Shown here: one piece after another, positions 1 to 9,615 of the stretch | Position numbering within the stretch: the first letter of the stretch is position 1 | Layout: the number at the start of each line of letters is the position of its first letter | Source of the DNA: Patescibacteria group bacterium | Lineage (GTDB): Bacteria; Patescibacteriota; Minisyncoccia; Phycocordibacterales; PALSA-1337 | Assembly (NCBI GenBank): GCA_038065415.1 | Contig: JBBTRA010000005.1 | Span: 8,079-72,078 of the forward strand | Direction: 5' to 3' | DNA: 64,000 nucleotides | The notes under the pieces: model-generated | What the model was told of the DNA's origin: nothing | Database searches by the model: none | What the model saw: only the letters and a program-made list of their open reading frames with translations | Program-made: the position numbers and the translations under genes

Positions 1-2
1 CT

Positions 3-1457
3 ATGCAGATAGCTTATGAAGGTCGTCTCACTGATTCTGGAGGTAATCCACTCGGCGGAACGGGCACGGTTTATTGTTACCGTTTTTCCATATATGACGC
101 AGCCACTTCAGGAAACAAGCTCTGGCCTGCGAGTACGCCCACACAGACGACAGCTACTACTACTGACGGCGTTTTCAATGCAATCATCGGACAAGCTGAT
201 ACGCTCAGCTCGACCATCTTCGATTTTTCTACGACATCCACAGCTTTCCTTCAGGTTGAGGTTAATACGACAACTTCTACCTGTGGAGGTAGTTGGGAAG
301 CGCTCTTGCCTCGTCAGAGCGTCCTGTCATCGGGCTACGCACTCCAGTCAGCCAATGTCTATGGCGCGCTCCTCAAGACTGACACGGTCAACAATCGTGT
401 ACAGATCGGTACTGGAGCAGGTACACCATCTCCAGTTTATCTTGGTCTCGACTTCCGTAACGCGGCGGACTATGTTGGACAGTCGTGTTCAACGAACGGT
501 CTCATGTGGTACAACTCCGCCACATCCCAAGCACTTATTTGTGAAGCAGGTACGATCCAGAAGATAGGATCAACAGGAACGACGACGATCTCAGCTATCA
601 ATGCGAACTCAGGCACCCCAGCGAGCGCAGGAACGATCAACTTCGACAATGCGAATGGTGTGACATTCGGTATCAATGGTAATACGGTTACTGCGAGCGT
701 CAATGCGGGTGGGGGAGGTGGTAACATGACTAGATATATTCCTGTGTATCAGGGAAGTTCGGCGAGTCAAACACTCGGCGCGATGGGAGTCACCAGCGGA
801 TCAGCGATGTTCTATCCGATAAATATTTCCACAAATATCGCGTTCAATGTGGTCAATCTTGTTGAAAACGTATCGTATGCAACTTCATCGATCTCTGGTC
901 AACAGACCATAAGTAGCCGATTTGGTATCTACTCGAACAATGCAGGGACACTCTCCTTGATTTCAAGCAATAGCTACTCTTTTGCTGTAACTAATAGTAG
1001 CGTTTCAGCGACATTGTCGTATCCATCTGCGACAGGTACGGCGGGGTATACGTATACCACAGTGAGCGCCTCCACCACTGCGCAGATCCACTCACTGTTT
1101 GGTACTGTCGGCTCGCGTATATTCGGTCTACAGTTCGGTAACAGCATGAGCTTGAGTCAGGGCATGTACTGGCTCGGTATTCATGAACGTAGATCATCCT
1201 CAAGCGCGAACGTAGGTCTCTCAGCCGGTCTTGTGGGAAATGTTGTCAACTTTAATGTTGCAGGACGTCTCGGTAGTGGTTCGACAGCATATACGGGTAA
1301 CTATTCTCACCATCAGCCATTTTTTGGATTCGGTCCTTATACAAGTACAGCGTCGGCTGGGTATGGGGGTACGAACATACCGACATCAGCGTTTCTCTCT
1401 GGATTTGCCCACACGGCAACTATATTGCCGATGATGACCTTTGCGAGCACGACATAA
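3..1457 (+). CDS. Ser/Thr/Gly-rich surface protein, 5'-truncated fragment (window edge)
   Basis: The ORF runs to the window start. Composition is extremely biased (T, S, G, A, N) with low-complexity repeats. It lies upstream of a surface-protein cluster. No recognisable catalytic motif. Confidence 0.45.
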   Translation: MQIAYEGRLTDSGGNPLGGTGTVYCYRFSIYDAATSGNKLWPASTPTQTTATTTDGVFNAIIGQADTLSSTIFDFSTTSTAFLQVEVNTTTSTCGGSWEALLPRQSVLSSGYALQSANVYGALLKTDTVNNRVQIGTGAGTPSPVYLGLDFRNAADYVGQSCSTNGLMWYNSATSQALICEAGTIQKIGSTGTTTISAINANSGTPASAGTINFDNANGVTFGINGNTVTASVNAGGGGGNMTRYIPVYQGSSASQTLGAMGVTSGSAMFYPINISTNIAFNVVNLVENVSYATSSISGQQTISSRFGIYSNNAGTLSLISSNSYSFAVTNSSVSATLSYPSATGTAGYTYTTVSASTTAQIHSLFGTVGSRIFGLQFGNSMSLSQGMYWLGIHERRSSSSANVGLSAGLVGNVVNFNVAGRLGSGSTAYTGNYSHHQPFFGFGPYTSTASAGYGGTNIPTSAFLSGFAHTATILPMMTFASTT

Positions 1458-2202
1458 TTCATACGCTGACATGCAACAACCAGCCGTTATCACACAGAAT
1501 CTCAATCTCGGCATCCATAATGCTGATTTGCAGGCATCTATTGAGCGTCTCGATAAAGGGAAGACCTACCGAGATCTTTCGACGATCATTGTTTGTCCGA
1601 CGCGCGGGGTCATATCAGATCGTGTGGTTCAGGCGTGGATGGGACTCATTCGTCCGATGAATCAAAAGTGTATAGGTCCTATATTTTTTCGCGGGTACGA
1701 GGTAGGTCAGGCCTATAACATGGCTTTCAATTTTGTGCTCAACAATCCAGATCTTTCCCAATGGAAATATGTCCTCACTATTGAAGAAGACAACCTTCCT
1801 CCCCCTGATGGCCTGCTCAAATTGTACGAAAGCATGGATACCTACGATGTTGTTGGTGGCCTCTACTGGACCAAAGGAGAAGGTGGTCAACCAATGATCT
1901 ATGGTGATCCGGCAGTGGAGCCCGTCAACTTCATCCCGCAAAAACCGATACCCGATACTGTGCAGCCGGCGCGCGGGCTCGGCATGGGATTTAACCTGTT
2001 CAAAATCGATATGTTCAAAAATCCGAAGCTTATCCAGCCGTGGTTTGAGACACGACAGGAGTATACGGCAGGAGTTGGTGCAAAAATGTATACTCAAGAC
2101 CTTCATTTCTATGAAAATGCAGGCAAGCTCGGGTACAAGTTCGCATGCGATACGCGGATCAAGGTGGGACATCTTGATACAACGACGGACATCATCTGGT
2201 AA
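1441..2202 (+). CDS. Putative GT-A-fold glycosyltransferase-like protein (hypothetical)
   Basis: Continuous ORF. An acidic 'TIEEDNLPPPDG' segment resembles a DxD-like motif, and 'IIVCPTRG' resembles an N-terminal nucleotide-binding strand. No signal peptide. The call is tentative; the alternative start is ATG 1471. Confidence 0.35.
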   Translation: MRARHNSYADMQQPAVITQNLNLGIHNADLQASIERLDKGKTYRDLSTIIVCPTRGVISDRVVQAWMGLIRPMNQKCIGPIFFRGYEVGQAYNMAFNFVLNNPDLSQWKYVLTIEEDNLPPPDGLLKLYESMDTYDVVGGLYWTKGEGGQPMIYGDPAVEPVNFIPQKPIPDTVQPARGLGMGFNLFKIDMFKNPKLIQPWFETRQEYTAGVGAKMYTQDLHFYENAGKLGYKFACDTRIKVGHLDTTTDIIW

Positions 2203-2214
2203 GATATTACTTTT

Positions 2215-3195
2215 ATGAAAAAAATAATTATTATACAAGTGTCATTGATCGTCATTCTGTCGATTATGTTCTTGGTCTACTCTCGTAAAACTCCGGAGCA
2301 GCAACCTACGGTAGCCATCATCCCGTCCACATCTCTATCAGCAGATCGTACCGGCTACGAACGGTTCACATTGGTGAACCCAGCTGTTCGTGCGGATCTA
2401 GACAAGCATTACATAATCAATTTCAAAGATCTTCGTCAGCAATTGATCAGCATCCATGATAGGCAGAAGCATAAATCCTTTTTATATTTTGCGTATCTCA
2501 ACAATTCCTCATGGATCGGTCTGGAAGAAAAGGAGCTATTCCCCGCAGCAAGTACCGTGAAGGTACCTCTCGCCATGGCCATGTATCGCATGGAAGAGCA
2601 GGGAAAGATTGATCTTACGAAGACATATACACTCTCTGAACTCGATCTTGACGAGAATTTTGGCCAACTGTACAAAATAGGTTCTAATCAGAGTATTGCA
2701 GTGGAAGAACTCATCAGCATCATGCTTAAGTATTCTGACAATACTGCCATGAAAGCTGTTATCAGTGTTGCAGAACTTATCGGTATCAAAGATCCGCTCA
2801 AGGATGTATATGCTGCGATGGGGTGGGAATATAGCGATGTAACGAGCGATCAGGTTACATACATCAAGATCAATCTCAAGACGCTCTCGAATATGTTTAT
2901 TGCCCTGTATAATGCAAGTTATGTGAACATTGAGCATTCGCAACTGATCCTGGATCATCTGGCGAATACTGATTTTGATGAGATGATTGTTGCGGGTGTA
3001 CCGCAAAATATTACCGTTACCCATAAGATAGGAGTCAATGATCTCGAGTTGGCGTATTCTGATTGTGGGATAGTCTATGCTCCAAATCGTCCTTATATTA
3101 TGTGTGCGGGATCGTGGGGAGCACCCCCGAAAGATGCTCATAAGTTTATGAGTGAGTCATCCAAGGCTGTGTATGAATATGTTATAAATAATTGA
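2215..3195 (+). CDS. Membrane-anchored class-A beta-lactamase-fold serine hydrolase / PBP-like protein
   Basis: N-terminal TM helix. S-x-x-K motif in 'AASTVKVPLAMAMY'. S-D-N motif in 'KYSDNTA'. K-[TS]-G-like 'HKIGVND' triad motif. Confidence 0.6.
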   Translation: MKKIIIIQVSLIVILSIMFLVYSRKTPEQQPTVAIIPSTSLSADRTGYERFTLVNPAVRADLDKHYIINFKDLRQQLISIHDRQKHKSFLYFAYLNNSSWIGLEEKELFPAASTVKVPLAMAMYRMEEQGKIDLTKTYTLSELDLDENFGQLYKIGSNQSIAVEELISIMLKYSDNTAMKAVISVAELIGIKDPLKDVYAAMGWEYSDVTSDQVTYIKINLKTLSNMFIALYNASYVNIEHSQLILDHLANTDFDEMIVAGVPQNITVTHKIGVNDLELAYSDCGIVYAPNRPYIMCAGSWGAPPKDAHKFMSESSKAVYEYVINN

Positions 3196-3224
3196 CGATA
3201 CCAGTAAGTATATCCAGAAATAGC

Positions 3225-3773
3225 ATGAATAACCCATTCAAGAAAACAGAATCAAAAGGCATAAAGCTCGATGTCGCATGTGGGCAGAATAAGCGTGAAG
3301 GATTCGTTGGTGTGGATATTGCTCCGGGTCCTGGGGTGGACTTTGTATGGGACCTGGAAAAATATCCGTGGGAGCCGTTCAAAGACAATAGCGTTAAGGA
3401 GATCAATGTGGCTCATTATGCGGAGCACACCAAGGACTTGATGAAATTCATGGATGAGATTTATCGTATTTGTGAAGATGGGGCAAAGGTTACTATACAT
3501 GGACCATACTACACCTCTATCCGTTGTTGGCAGGACCCGACGCATACACGAGCTCTCTCAGAGGCGACCTGGCTCTACTATCAGAAGGGGTGGCGCGAAG
3601 CGAATAAGCTCTCGCACTATCCGATAGTGTGTGATTATGAGGTGACTAACATGGTGCTCTACTTCAATGAACCGTGGAACCAAAAATCAGAGGAGGCGAA
3701 GCAATTTGCAATCAAGCATTATTGGAATGTAGTTAGTGATATTATGGTCGAGCTCAAGGTGAAGAAGATATAG
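3225..3773 (+). CDS. Class I SAM-dependent methyltransferase
   Basis: Motif I 'LDVACGQN' (a DxGxGxG-like glycine loop) is followed by the acidic 'VGVDIAP' motif II. The ATG at 3225 lies inside the longer TTG-initiated ORF 3192-3773. Confidence 0.6.
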   Translation: MNNPFKKTESKGIKLDVACGQNKREGFVGVDIAPGPGVDFVWDLEKYPWEPFKDNSVKEINVAHYAEHTKDLMKFMDEIYRICEDGAKVTIHGPYYTSIRCWQDPTHTRALSEATWLYYQKGWREANKLSHYPIVCDYEVTNMVLYFNEPWNQKSEEAKQFAIKHYWNVVSDIMVELKVKKI

Positions 3774-3811
3774 CGTGAATAGTCCATGATCAAGAGAGAA
3801 TAACCAAGTAG

Positions 3812-4324
3812 ATGAGAAGAATTACCAAAAAAATAGAGGCACTGATTCGTACAAATACAGCACTCTTCTTTTTGTGCATCATTTCGATCGGTGTGTTGGT
3901 TTTGATATGGCGAGGACAAGGAGCGGGGGACAGACTAGAAAGTAATCAGGACTCTACAGCTCAAGTTCCTGTCGTCGCGGCTCTCAATGCTGGAGACCAG
4001 AAAAACGAGCAGGTTATCGCACCTGCTTTCAAGGGTATGCCCGACCCCGAGTCGTATACTTCGTTTGTGTACGAAGGTGAAGAGAGTCTGTCGGTGTCAA
4101 TCAAGTGTACTGATGATTTCAGTGTGGTGATGATATTCCCGATGGAGGTAGATTATCGTTCCGATGTGTTGTCAGCTCGGTACAATTCTGCGGAACCTTG
4201 TGTGAAAGGAGTGGCACGAACAGGGAAGATATCGATTCGTGGTTTTGGTCTTGAAGAGGGACATGAGTACTATGTAGTCAAAGCGAGTCAAGGAAAGAAG
4301 GGGATGTGGCACGATCCATACTAA
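3812..4324 (+). CDS. Hypothetical N-terminally membrane-anchored protein
   Basis: ORF with a single N-terminal hydrophobic helix (ALFFLCIISIGVLVLIW). No recognisable domain. Confidence 0.4.
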   Translation: MRRITKKIEALIRTNTALFFLCIISIGVLVLIWRGQGAGDRLESNQDSTAQVPVVAALNAGDQKNEQVIAPAFKGMPDPESYTSFVYEGEESLSVSIKCTDDFSVVMIFPMEVDYRSDVLSARYNSAEPCVKGVARTGKISIRGFGLEEGHEYYVVKASQGKKGMWHDPY

Positions 4325-4394
4325 CCCTTGATTGTGTGGCAAACTTGTGCGCGAGATATGCACTGAGGATACTCATGCTATATAATGAGAAGCA

Positions 4395-6386
4395 ATGAAA
4401 TCGAAAATCTTGCTCACCAGCTCTTTTCTTGCAGTATTCTGCGCTCTCGCTCTACCGTTCTCAGCGAAGGCAGCCATAACTGTAGGCAATGTATCGAGTT
4501 CGGGGGATCATTTTGGAGCATCATCGAGAACATGGGCCCATACTCACGCGGCCGGGTCTGATGGTGTGCTTATTGTGACATGTTCGACTTTTGGTACTGG
4601 AGGGGCGATGACCGCGACATTCAACGGAGAATCCATGACAGAGATTGGTCAGGCGCGCATAGGATCGCAGGAAGGAGTCATTGTATTCGTGCTGTTCAAT
4701 CCGTCAGTGACGACTGCGAACATCGTTTTCACTATACCTGATGGGGGTGACGGGGTTTGTGCGGGGCTGTCGGCATATGGTGTTTCCAACTCTGTCGATG
4801 CGTCTAATATCACGACGATAGGTAGCGCGGTCTACCCGATGACAGTTTCAGCATCGGCCTCGTCGCCGAGCAGTCTCGTTGTATCCATCTTCCAGTCAGT
4901 TGTATCTCCCAACGTGAGCGTACCAGGGTCTCAAACGGAGTTCGGTCTCGGGTGTGGTAATGATGGTAACAACTACTGCTTAAGCTCATATTCGTTGTCT
5001 TCTAGCGCAGGGACTCAGACTCATACATATAACAATGGTGCGGCGAGTGCTGACACGGGCGCTATTGGCATGATAATTCTCAAGGAGAGCGGTCAGTCAA
5101 CGCTACCGCCTCCATACGCTTCTTCAACGAGTTTCTTCATTACACATAGGATGCTGAATATTGCCGGCGGTAATCCTGCCAACTCTTTCAGTAGCTCGAC
5201 TACCTTCAGGCTTTTGGGTGCGGGAGGACAGACCGCTATCGGATCATCGACATCATCGACATTCGGTATCGAGAGCGGTTTTTTGAGGAACCTCTACAAA
5301 GGACCTGCGCCAATTTATACCCAGATGCACTATCATTGGCGCAATGATGATGGGTCCGAGACTACCGCCACTTCGAAGACTAGTGGTTCACAGGATGCTG
5401 TACTCAGTACACTCGATGAATCTACGGGTGTGCGACTCCGTCTACTGATAAGCAACGAAGGAGGGACTCGATTGGCATATGCACAACAGCAACTTCGACT
5501 CGAGTACGGTTTGAAGTCGACGACGTGCGCGGCGATATCATCATGGACTGACGTCGGGGGAGTTGGTGGGGATTGGGATATGTTCAGCTCCGCAAATCTC
5601 ACCGAAGGAGGAAATACAACCAACATAGCTGTGGCCACGGGGGGTGTCGCAAATGAGAATGCCACATTCGTGGCTTCCAATGGCGGCATCCGAGACACTA
5701 CGAGCCAAACCTCGTCTGTGCCGGTATCTAGTGATTCCTATATCGAGCTTGAATATTCGATTCAGGCACTTACCGCGGCGACCGATAATGGCACCTATTG
5801 TTTCCGGGTCACCAATGCGGGAAGTGCGACCAACTATGCCTATCGGGTATACCCTGAAGCGACGATATCTTCACCTCTATCACTTACATTTGTTGTAGAT
5901 GGAGCATCTCAAGCATTTTCAGCGGTAACTCCGGGCACGCTTGCCGCGACCTCGAGCATACTGACGGTCAAGACGACAAATCCAACCGGATTCATAGCTA
6001 CGGTGGAAAGATCCGATGCGACCGGCACAATGTCTTCAGGTGCATTCTATATCCCTGATAAGACGGCATGGGTTCCTGGTGTGGCGACGACGACGCCAGG
6101 TAATGCCACTGCATCAACGACTCAACCGCTAACTTTGCAGTTTCGTGTCCGACAAACGGGGACTGATGTACCGAATTACGCTTCTTCATGGTGGGGGACA
6201 GCAGATACCACAGCGAGCGCTCTCTTCGCTGGGTTCCCCTCAACAGCAAGCACAATAGTTAACAGGTCGACCCCGGCGGCCGCCACAACTACATCGTATG
6301 TGCTCTACAACTTGAATGTTCCAGTCACTCAGCAAACAGGGACATATTCTGGTGACATCATCTACACAGTGACTGCAAATCCATAA
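4395..6386 (+). CDS. Secreted Ser/Thr/Gly-rich surface protein with a C-terminal WxL-like/SCPU-like beta domain
   Basis: Clear signal peptide MKSKILLTSSFLAVFCALALPFSAKA. Low-complexity S/T/G-rich body. The C-terminal ~150 aa ('AWVPGVATTTPGNA...SWWGTADTTASALFAGF...TGTYSGDIIYTVTANP') is paralogous to the C-terminus of the next ORF. Confidence 0.6.
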   Translation: MKSKILLTSSFLAVFCALALPFSAKAAITVGNVSSSGDHFGASSRTWAHTHAAGSDGVLIVTCSTFGTGGAMTATFNGESMTEIGQARIGSQEGVIVFVLFNPSVTTANIVFTIPDGGDGVCAGLSAYGVSNSVDASNITTIGSAVYPMTVSASASSPSSLVVSIFQSVVSPNVSVPGSQTEFGLGCGNDGNNYCLSSYSLSSSAGTQTHTYNNGAASADTGAIGMIILKESGQSTLPPPYASSTSFFITHRMLNIAGGNPANSFSSSTTFRLLGAGGQTAIGSSTSSTFGIESGFLRNLYKGPAPIYTQMHYHWRNDDGSETTATSKTSGSQDAVLSTLDESTGVRLRLLISNEGGTRLAYAQQQLRLEYGLKSTTCAAISSWTDVGGVGGDWDMFSSANLTEGGNTTNIAVATGGVANENATFVASNGGIRDTTSQTSSVPVSSDSYIELEYSIQALTAATDNGTYCFRVTNAGSATNYAYRVYPEATISSPLSLTFVVDGASQAFSAVTPGTLAATSSILTVKTTNPTGFIATVERSDATGTMSSGAFYIPDKTAWVPGVATTTPGNATASTTQPLTLQFRVRQTGTDVPNYASSWWGTADTTASALFAGFPSTASTIVNRSTPAAATTTSYVLYNLNVPVTQQTGTYSGDIIYTVTANP

Positions 6387-6481
6387 TAATCATGGCATGT
6401 GGATAAGTTATGTCCGAATTTTTCGTTACAAGCGTGCTATAATTGCGGTATTGTATTATAAATAGCTATTTTATCATCCTC

Positions 6482-7168
6482 ATGTCACTCTACACGTTCT
6501 TTTCCCGCAAGAGCTTAGCTCGCGATATCGTCACTTCGTTCGTGGTTACAGCGACCCTGTTCTCATCGATCATCTATGCAGTACAGGTCAACGCTGCAGC
6601 GGTCACTCTCACGGCGACGGTCTCTACCTCGCTCACCTTCACGACCTCGTCCAGCCAGTTCGGTACTGTGACACCGGGAACGATCGCATGGGCAACCACG
6701 ACGCTGGATGTGCTCACGAACGACACTGCGGGATGGTTCGTCACCCTCTCTGGTGACAACAAAACATCGGTTAACAATAACCTCCAGACTGTTGGTAACG
6801 CAGCCTCCTTCACCGATCAGACAGAGTGGGTTCCTGGAGCCGCTACTACCACGACTGGTAACGCTGTTGTCCGCGCATCTCTCGTCAACTCGGGCAATGT
6901 CCTCGCATTCCGCGTCATGACGGCATCGAGCTCGAATGGAACAGTCTTCACGGCTCCGAGCTGGTGGGGAACAACCGATGCTGATGGTACAGCTCGATTC
7001 GCGGGTATATCAAGCTCGACTGTTCAGCGTCAGATTGGTTACGCGGGAACAGGTTCATACAGCGCATCGAACCATATCAACACCGTACAGTACTATCTCC
7101 TTGCTTCAGCTAGCCAGCCAACCGGCTCGTACAGTGCGCCCTTGACATATACTGCCACAGGCAACTAA
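6482..7168 (+). CDS. Small secreted protein carrying the same C-terminal WxL-like/SCPU-like domain
   Basis: Signal-peptide-like N-terminus (start chosen at ATG 6482 inside the longer ORF 6443-7168). 'EWVPGAATTTTGNA...SWWGTTDADGTARFAGI...TGSYSAPLTYTATGN' aligns with the C-terminus of 4395-6386. Confidence 0.55.
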   Translation: MSLYTFFSRKSLARDIVTSFVVTATLFSSIIYAVQVNAAAVTLTATVSTSLTFTTSSSQFGTVTPGTIAWATTTLDVLTNDTAGWFVTLSGDNKTSVNNNLQTVGNAASFTDQTEWVPGAATTTTGNAVVRASLVNSGNVLAFRVMTASSSNGTVFTAPSWWGTTDADGTARFAGISSSTVQRQIGYAGTGSYSASNHINTVQYYLLASASQPTGSYSAPLTYTATGN

Positions 7169-7178
7169 ACTGCACCTT

Positions 7179-8114
7179 ATGACACTACGCTCCGCTTTCT
7201 CTGGTGTTCTGGTCGCCGGCATCGTCGGCTTGCTCTCCTTGGCGTTCATCTCGGTGCCTCAGTATGCACATGCGGGGACTGGCTTGACGATACAGCCGAT
7301 CAAGATATCTCAGACCATGAAACCGGGCGACTCCGTTTCGGGTAAGATACTCCTTTCCAATGCGAGTGAGGATGATGTGGTTGTGGACATATCCATACAG
7401 GACTTCATCCCGACAGCTGGCACAGAGACTTTCCAGTTCGTTGGAAGGGCACCAGGTGTCACCACGGTGCGCGATTGGATCAGCTTCGATGGGACCAAGG
7501 ATCAGTTCATATTCAAGAAAGGGGAGGCGCGCGAGATACCGTATACGATCCAAGCGCCCGCGAGCGCAGAGCCAGGTAGTCATTTTGGAGTACTCTTCTT
7601 CAAGGCTACTCGCGTACAGGATGCTGAAGCTCAGATCAAGGTTGGCACTCAGGTGGGTGTGCTCGTATTCGTGACTGTTCCAGGAAAATTCGAGCAGAAG
7701 GGCACGATCACCAAGTTCGGGGTACCATCGTTCGTGCAGTCAGGACCAGTTCCTTTCACGATGACATTCGAGAATCAGGGTACGGTCCATTTTGAGCCAA
7801 AAGGTACCATCGAAATTACGAATACATTTGGTACGAAGGTCGGATCAGTTCCTATCGAGGGATATGCGGTGCTTCCTACGGGAATAAAGGCAATGAATTT
7901 TGGTTGGCATGTGAATGGTCTTTTGCTCGGTAGATACAATGCAACAGCATCCGTGTATGATGTCGACGGCAATCTCTTGTCGACCGCATCCGCAAATTTC
8001 TATGCAGTGCCTATCTGGTACATGGTTGGATTTATCGTCACACTTCTTGTCATCTTCTTCCTCATCAGATTTGTTAAGACTCGACTCAAATTCAGCATCA
8101 GCCTCAAAAAATAG
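7179..8114 (+). CDS. DUF916/DUF3324-like cell-surface protein with C-terminal TM anchor (putative partner of WxL-like proteins)
   Basis: Signal peptide (…SVPQYAHA). A beta-rich ectodomain. A C-terminal hydrophobic helix 'WYMVGFIVTLLVIFFLI' is followed by the basic tail 'RFVKTRLKFSISLKK'. It sits immediately after the two paralog-domain genes, as in Gram-positive WxL loci. Confidence 0.45.
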   Translation: MTLRSAFSGVLVAGIVGLLSLAFISVPQYAHAGTGLTIQPIKISQTMKPGDSVSGKILLSNASEDDVVVDISIQDFIPTAGTETFQFVGRAPGVTTVRDWISFDGTKDQFIFKKGEAREIPYTIQAPASAEPGSHFGVLFFKATRVQDAEAQIKVGTQVGVLVFVTVPGKFEQKGTITKFGVPSFVQSGPVPFTMTFENQGTVHFEPKGTIEITNTFGTKVGSVPIEGYAVLPTGIKAMNFGWHVNGLLLGRYNATASVYDVDGNLLSTASANFYAVPIWYMVGFIVTLLVIFFLIRFVKTRLKFSISLKK

Positions 8115-8126
8115 CCTTGATTATGG

Positions 8127-9611
8127 ATGAAAAAACTCGCTTCACTCATTATCATAGCCGCGGTACTGATACCCCTCAGTCTGTACGCAAATAGTTTCAA
8201 CCTGACCCTCACCTTCTGTAACGGTCTTGATTGTGGAGATGTGACTGCGCCAAGTACTCCGACAAACCTCGAAGCAGAAGCGGTATCAACCTCGCAGATC
8301 AATCTCTCGTGGGATGCATCCATCGACCCTGGATTTCCGGCGCTGGGAATTCTTGGGTACAAGATATACCGCAACGGAGGGGGGACGGAGGTGGCGACTA
8401 CTACAGGTCTTTCATATTCGGATACAGGACTCGCTGATGGGACGCTTTACACATATACAGTGAGTGCGTTCGATGGTGCGTATAATGAAAGCGCTCAGAG
8501 CTCGAGTGTTTCTACTACTACACTATCTGTCCCTTCGGTCGCTCCAAATGCTTCGAATGGATCTCCTTCGGGAACTTTTGCGGCGGGAACAACAGAAACA
8601 ACATTGTCTCTGGCCACTGATATCGCTGCGACATGCAAGTATGGCACAGTTGCTGATACCGCATATGCGGCATTACCAAATACATTCAGTACCACAGGCG
8701 GCACCGCTCATTCGAAGCTTCTCAGTGGACTGGCGAATGGAGTGACGTATACATACTATGTTCGCTGTCAGAGCACCACGAATGTGGCTATGACAAGTGA
8801 TTATACTATCTCCTTTGCGGTAGCATCTGCTCCCGTCAGAGTACCTGGAGGTGGTGGTGGAGACAAAGATGAGTTGCCCTTGAGCCAGGTCAATGTCATC
8901 GTGCGAGGTATCGCCTATCCTGGTAGTACGATCAATCTCCTCAAAGATGGCTTGGCTGTAGCTAGCACCCAGGCTGGGCCTGATGCAAATTTCGAGATTC
9001 AGCTCTCTGGTGTAGGTTCGGGCACATTTACATTTAGCGTTTGGGCTATGGATTCTCAAGGCGTTCGCTCGACACTCTATCCGTTCACTGTCACCTTGAC
9101 GAGCGGAGTTACAACTGTGATCGGCGGAGTTTTCATACCTCCGACGGTCAGTCTCGATCTCTCCACTGTCAAACGGGGAGACCCTCTGCGCGTGCTGGGA
9201 CAGACGGTACCCAATGCTACGGTTTCGCTCATATTCCATTCTGATACCGAGATCATAGATCAGGTGGCAGCAGATGCTCGGGGAGTCTGGAATTATGTCC
9301 TCGATACGCTCAAGCTGGAGTACGGAGATCATACAGCGCAAGCTCGAGCGGCAAAGGCTACGGATATCAGCACCCTCTCCAAGACGCTTTCATTCAAGGT
9401 CGGCACAGTGAATATTCCGGTCAAAAAAGAAACAAGCGCCTTAATAGGCGACTATAATGCGGACAAAAAGGTTGACCTCGTCGACTTCAGTATCATGTTG
9501 TACTGGTATAAGCGCCCACTTGCAACTACGGCGCCACCGGTTGATCTCAATCGTGATGGAAAGCTCGACCTCGTCGACTTCAGTATCTTTGCTTATCATT
9601 GGACGGGCTAA
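8127..9611 (+). CDS. Secreted fibronectin-III / Ig-like surface protein with C-terminal dockerin repeats
   Basis: Signal peptide. FN3 hallmark 'EAEAVSTSQINLSWDAS…YKIYRNG…YTYTVSAFDGAYNES'. Two Ca-binding dockerin-type repeats at the C-terminus: 'DYNADKKVDLVDFSIMLYW' and 'DLNRDGKLDLVDFSIFAYHW'. Confidence 0.6.
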   Translation: MKKLASLIIIAAVLIPLSLYANSFNLTLTFCNGLDCGDVTAPSTPTNLEAEAVSTSQINLSWDASIDPGFPALGILGYKIYRNGGGTEVATTTGLSYSDTGLADGTLYTYTVSAFDGAYNESAQSSSVSTTTLSVPSVAPNASNGSPSGTFAAGTTETTLSLATDIAATCKYGTVADTAYAALPNTFSTTGGTAHSKLLSGLANGVTYTYYVRCQSTTNVAMTSDYTISFAVASAPVRVPGGGGGDKDELPLSQVNVIVRGIAYPGSTINLLKDGLAVASTQAGPDANFEIQLSGVGSGTFTFSVWAMDSQGVRSTLYPFTVTLTSGVTTVIGGVFIPPTVSLDLSTVKRGDPLRVLGQTVPNATVSLIFHSDTEIIDQVAADARGVWNYVLDTLKLEYGDHTAQARAAKATDISTLSKTLSFKVGTVNIPVKKETSALIGDYNADKKVDLVDFSIMLYWYKRPLATTAPPVDLNRDGKLDLVDFSIFAYHWTG

Positions 9612-9615
9612 TACC

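Noticed and set aside
1615-3141. Minus-strand ORFs 1615-2238 and 2536-3141
   Set aside because: Antisense to the glycosyltransferase-like and beta-lactamase-fold genes. Low-complexity translation.
4395-7168. Chaperone-usher (spore-coat-protein-U / Csu pilin) interpretation of the shared C-terminal domain
   Set aside because: The terminal G-x-Y-x-x-x-x-T-Y-T-x-T strand resembles SCPU pilins. But the following gene has a C-terminal TM anchor, unlike a PapD-type chaperone, and no usher is present. It is kept only as an alternative in the finding.
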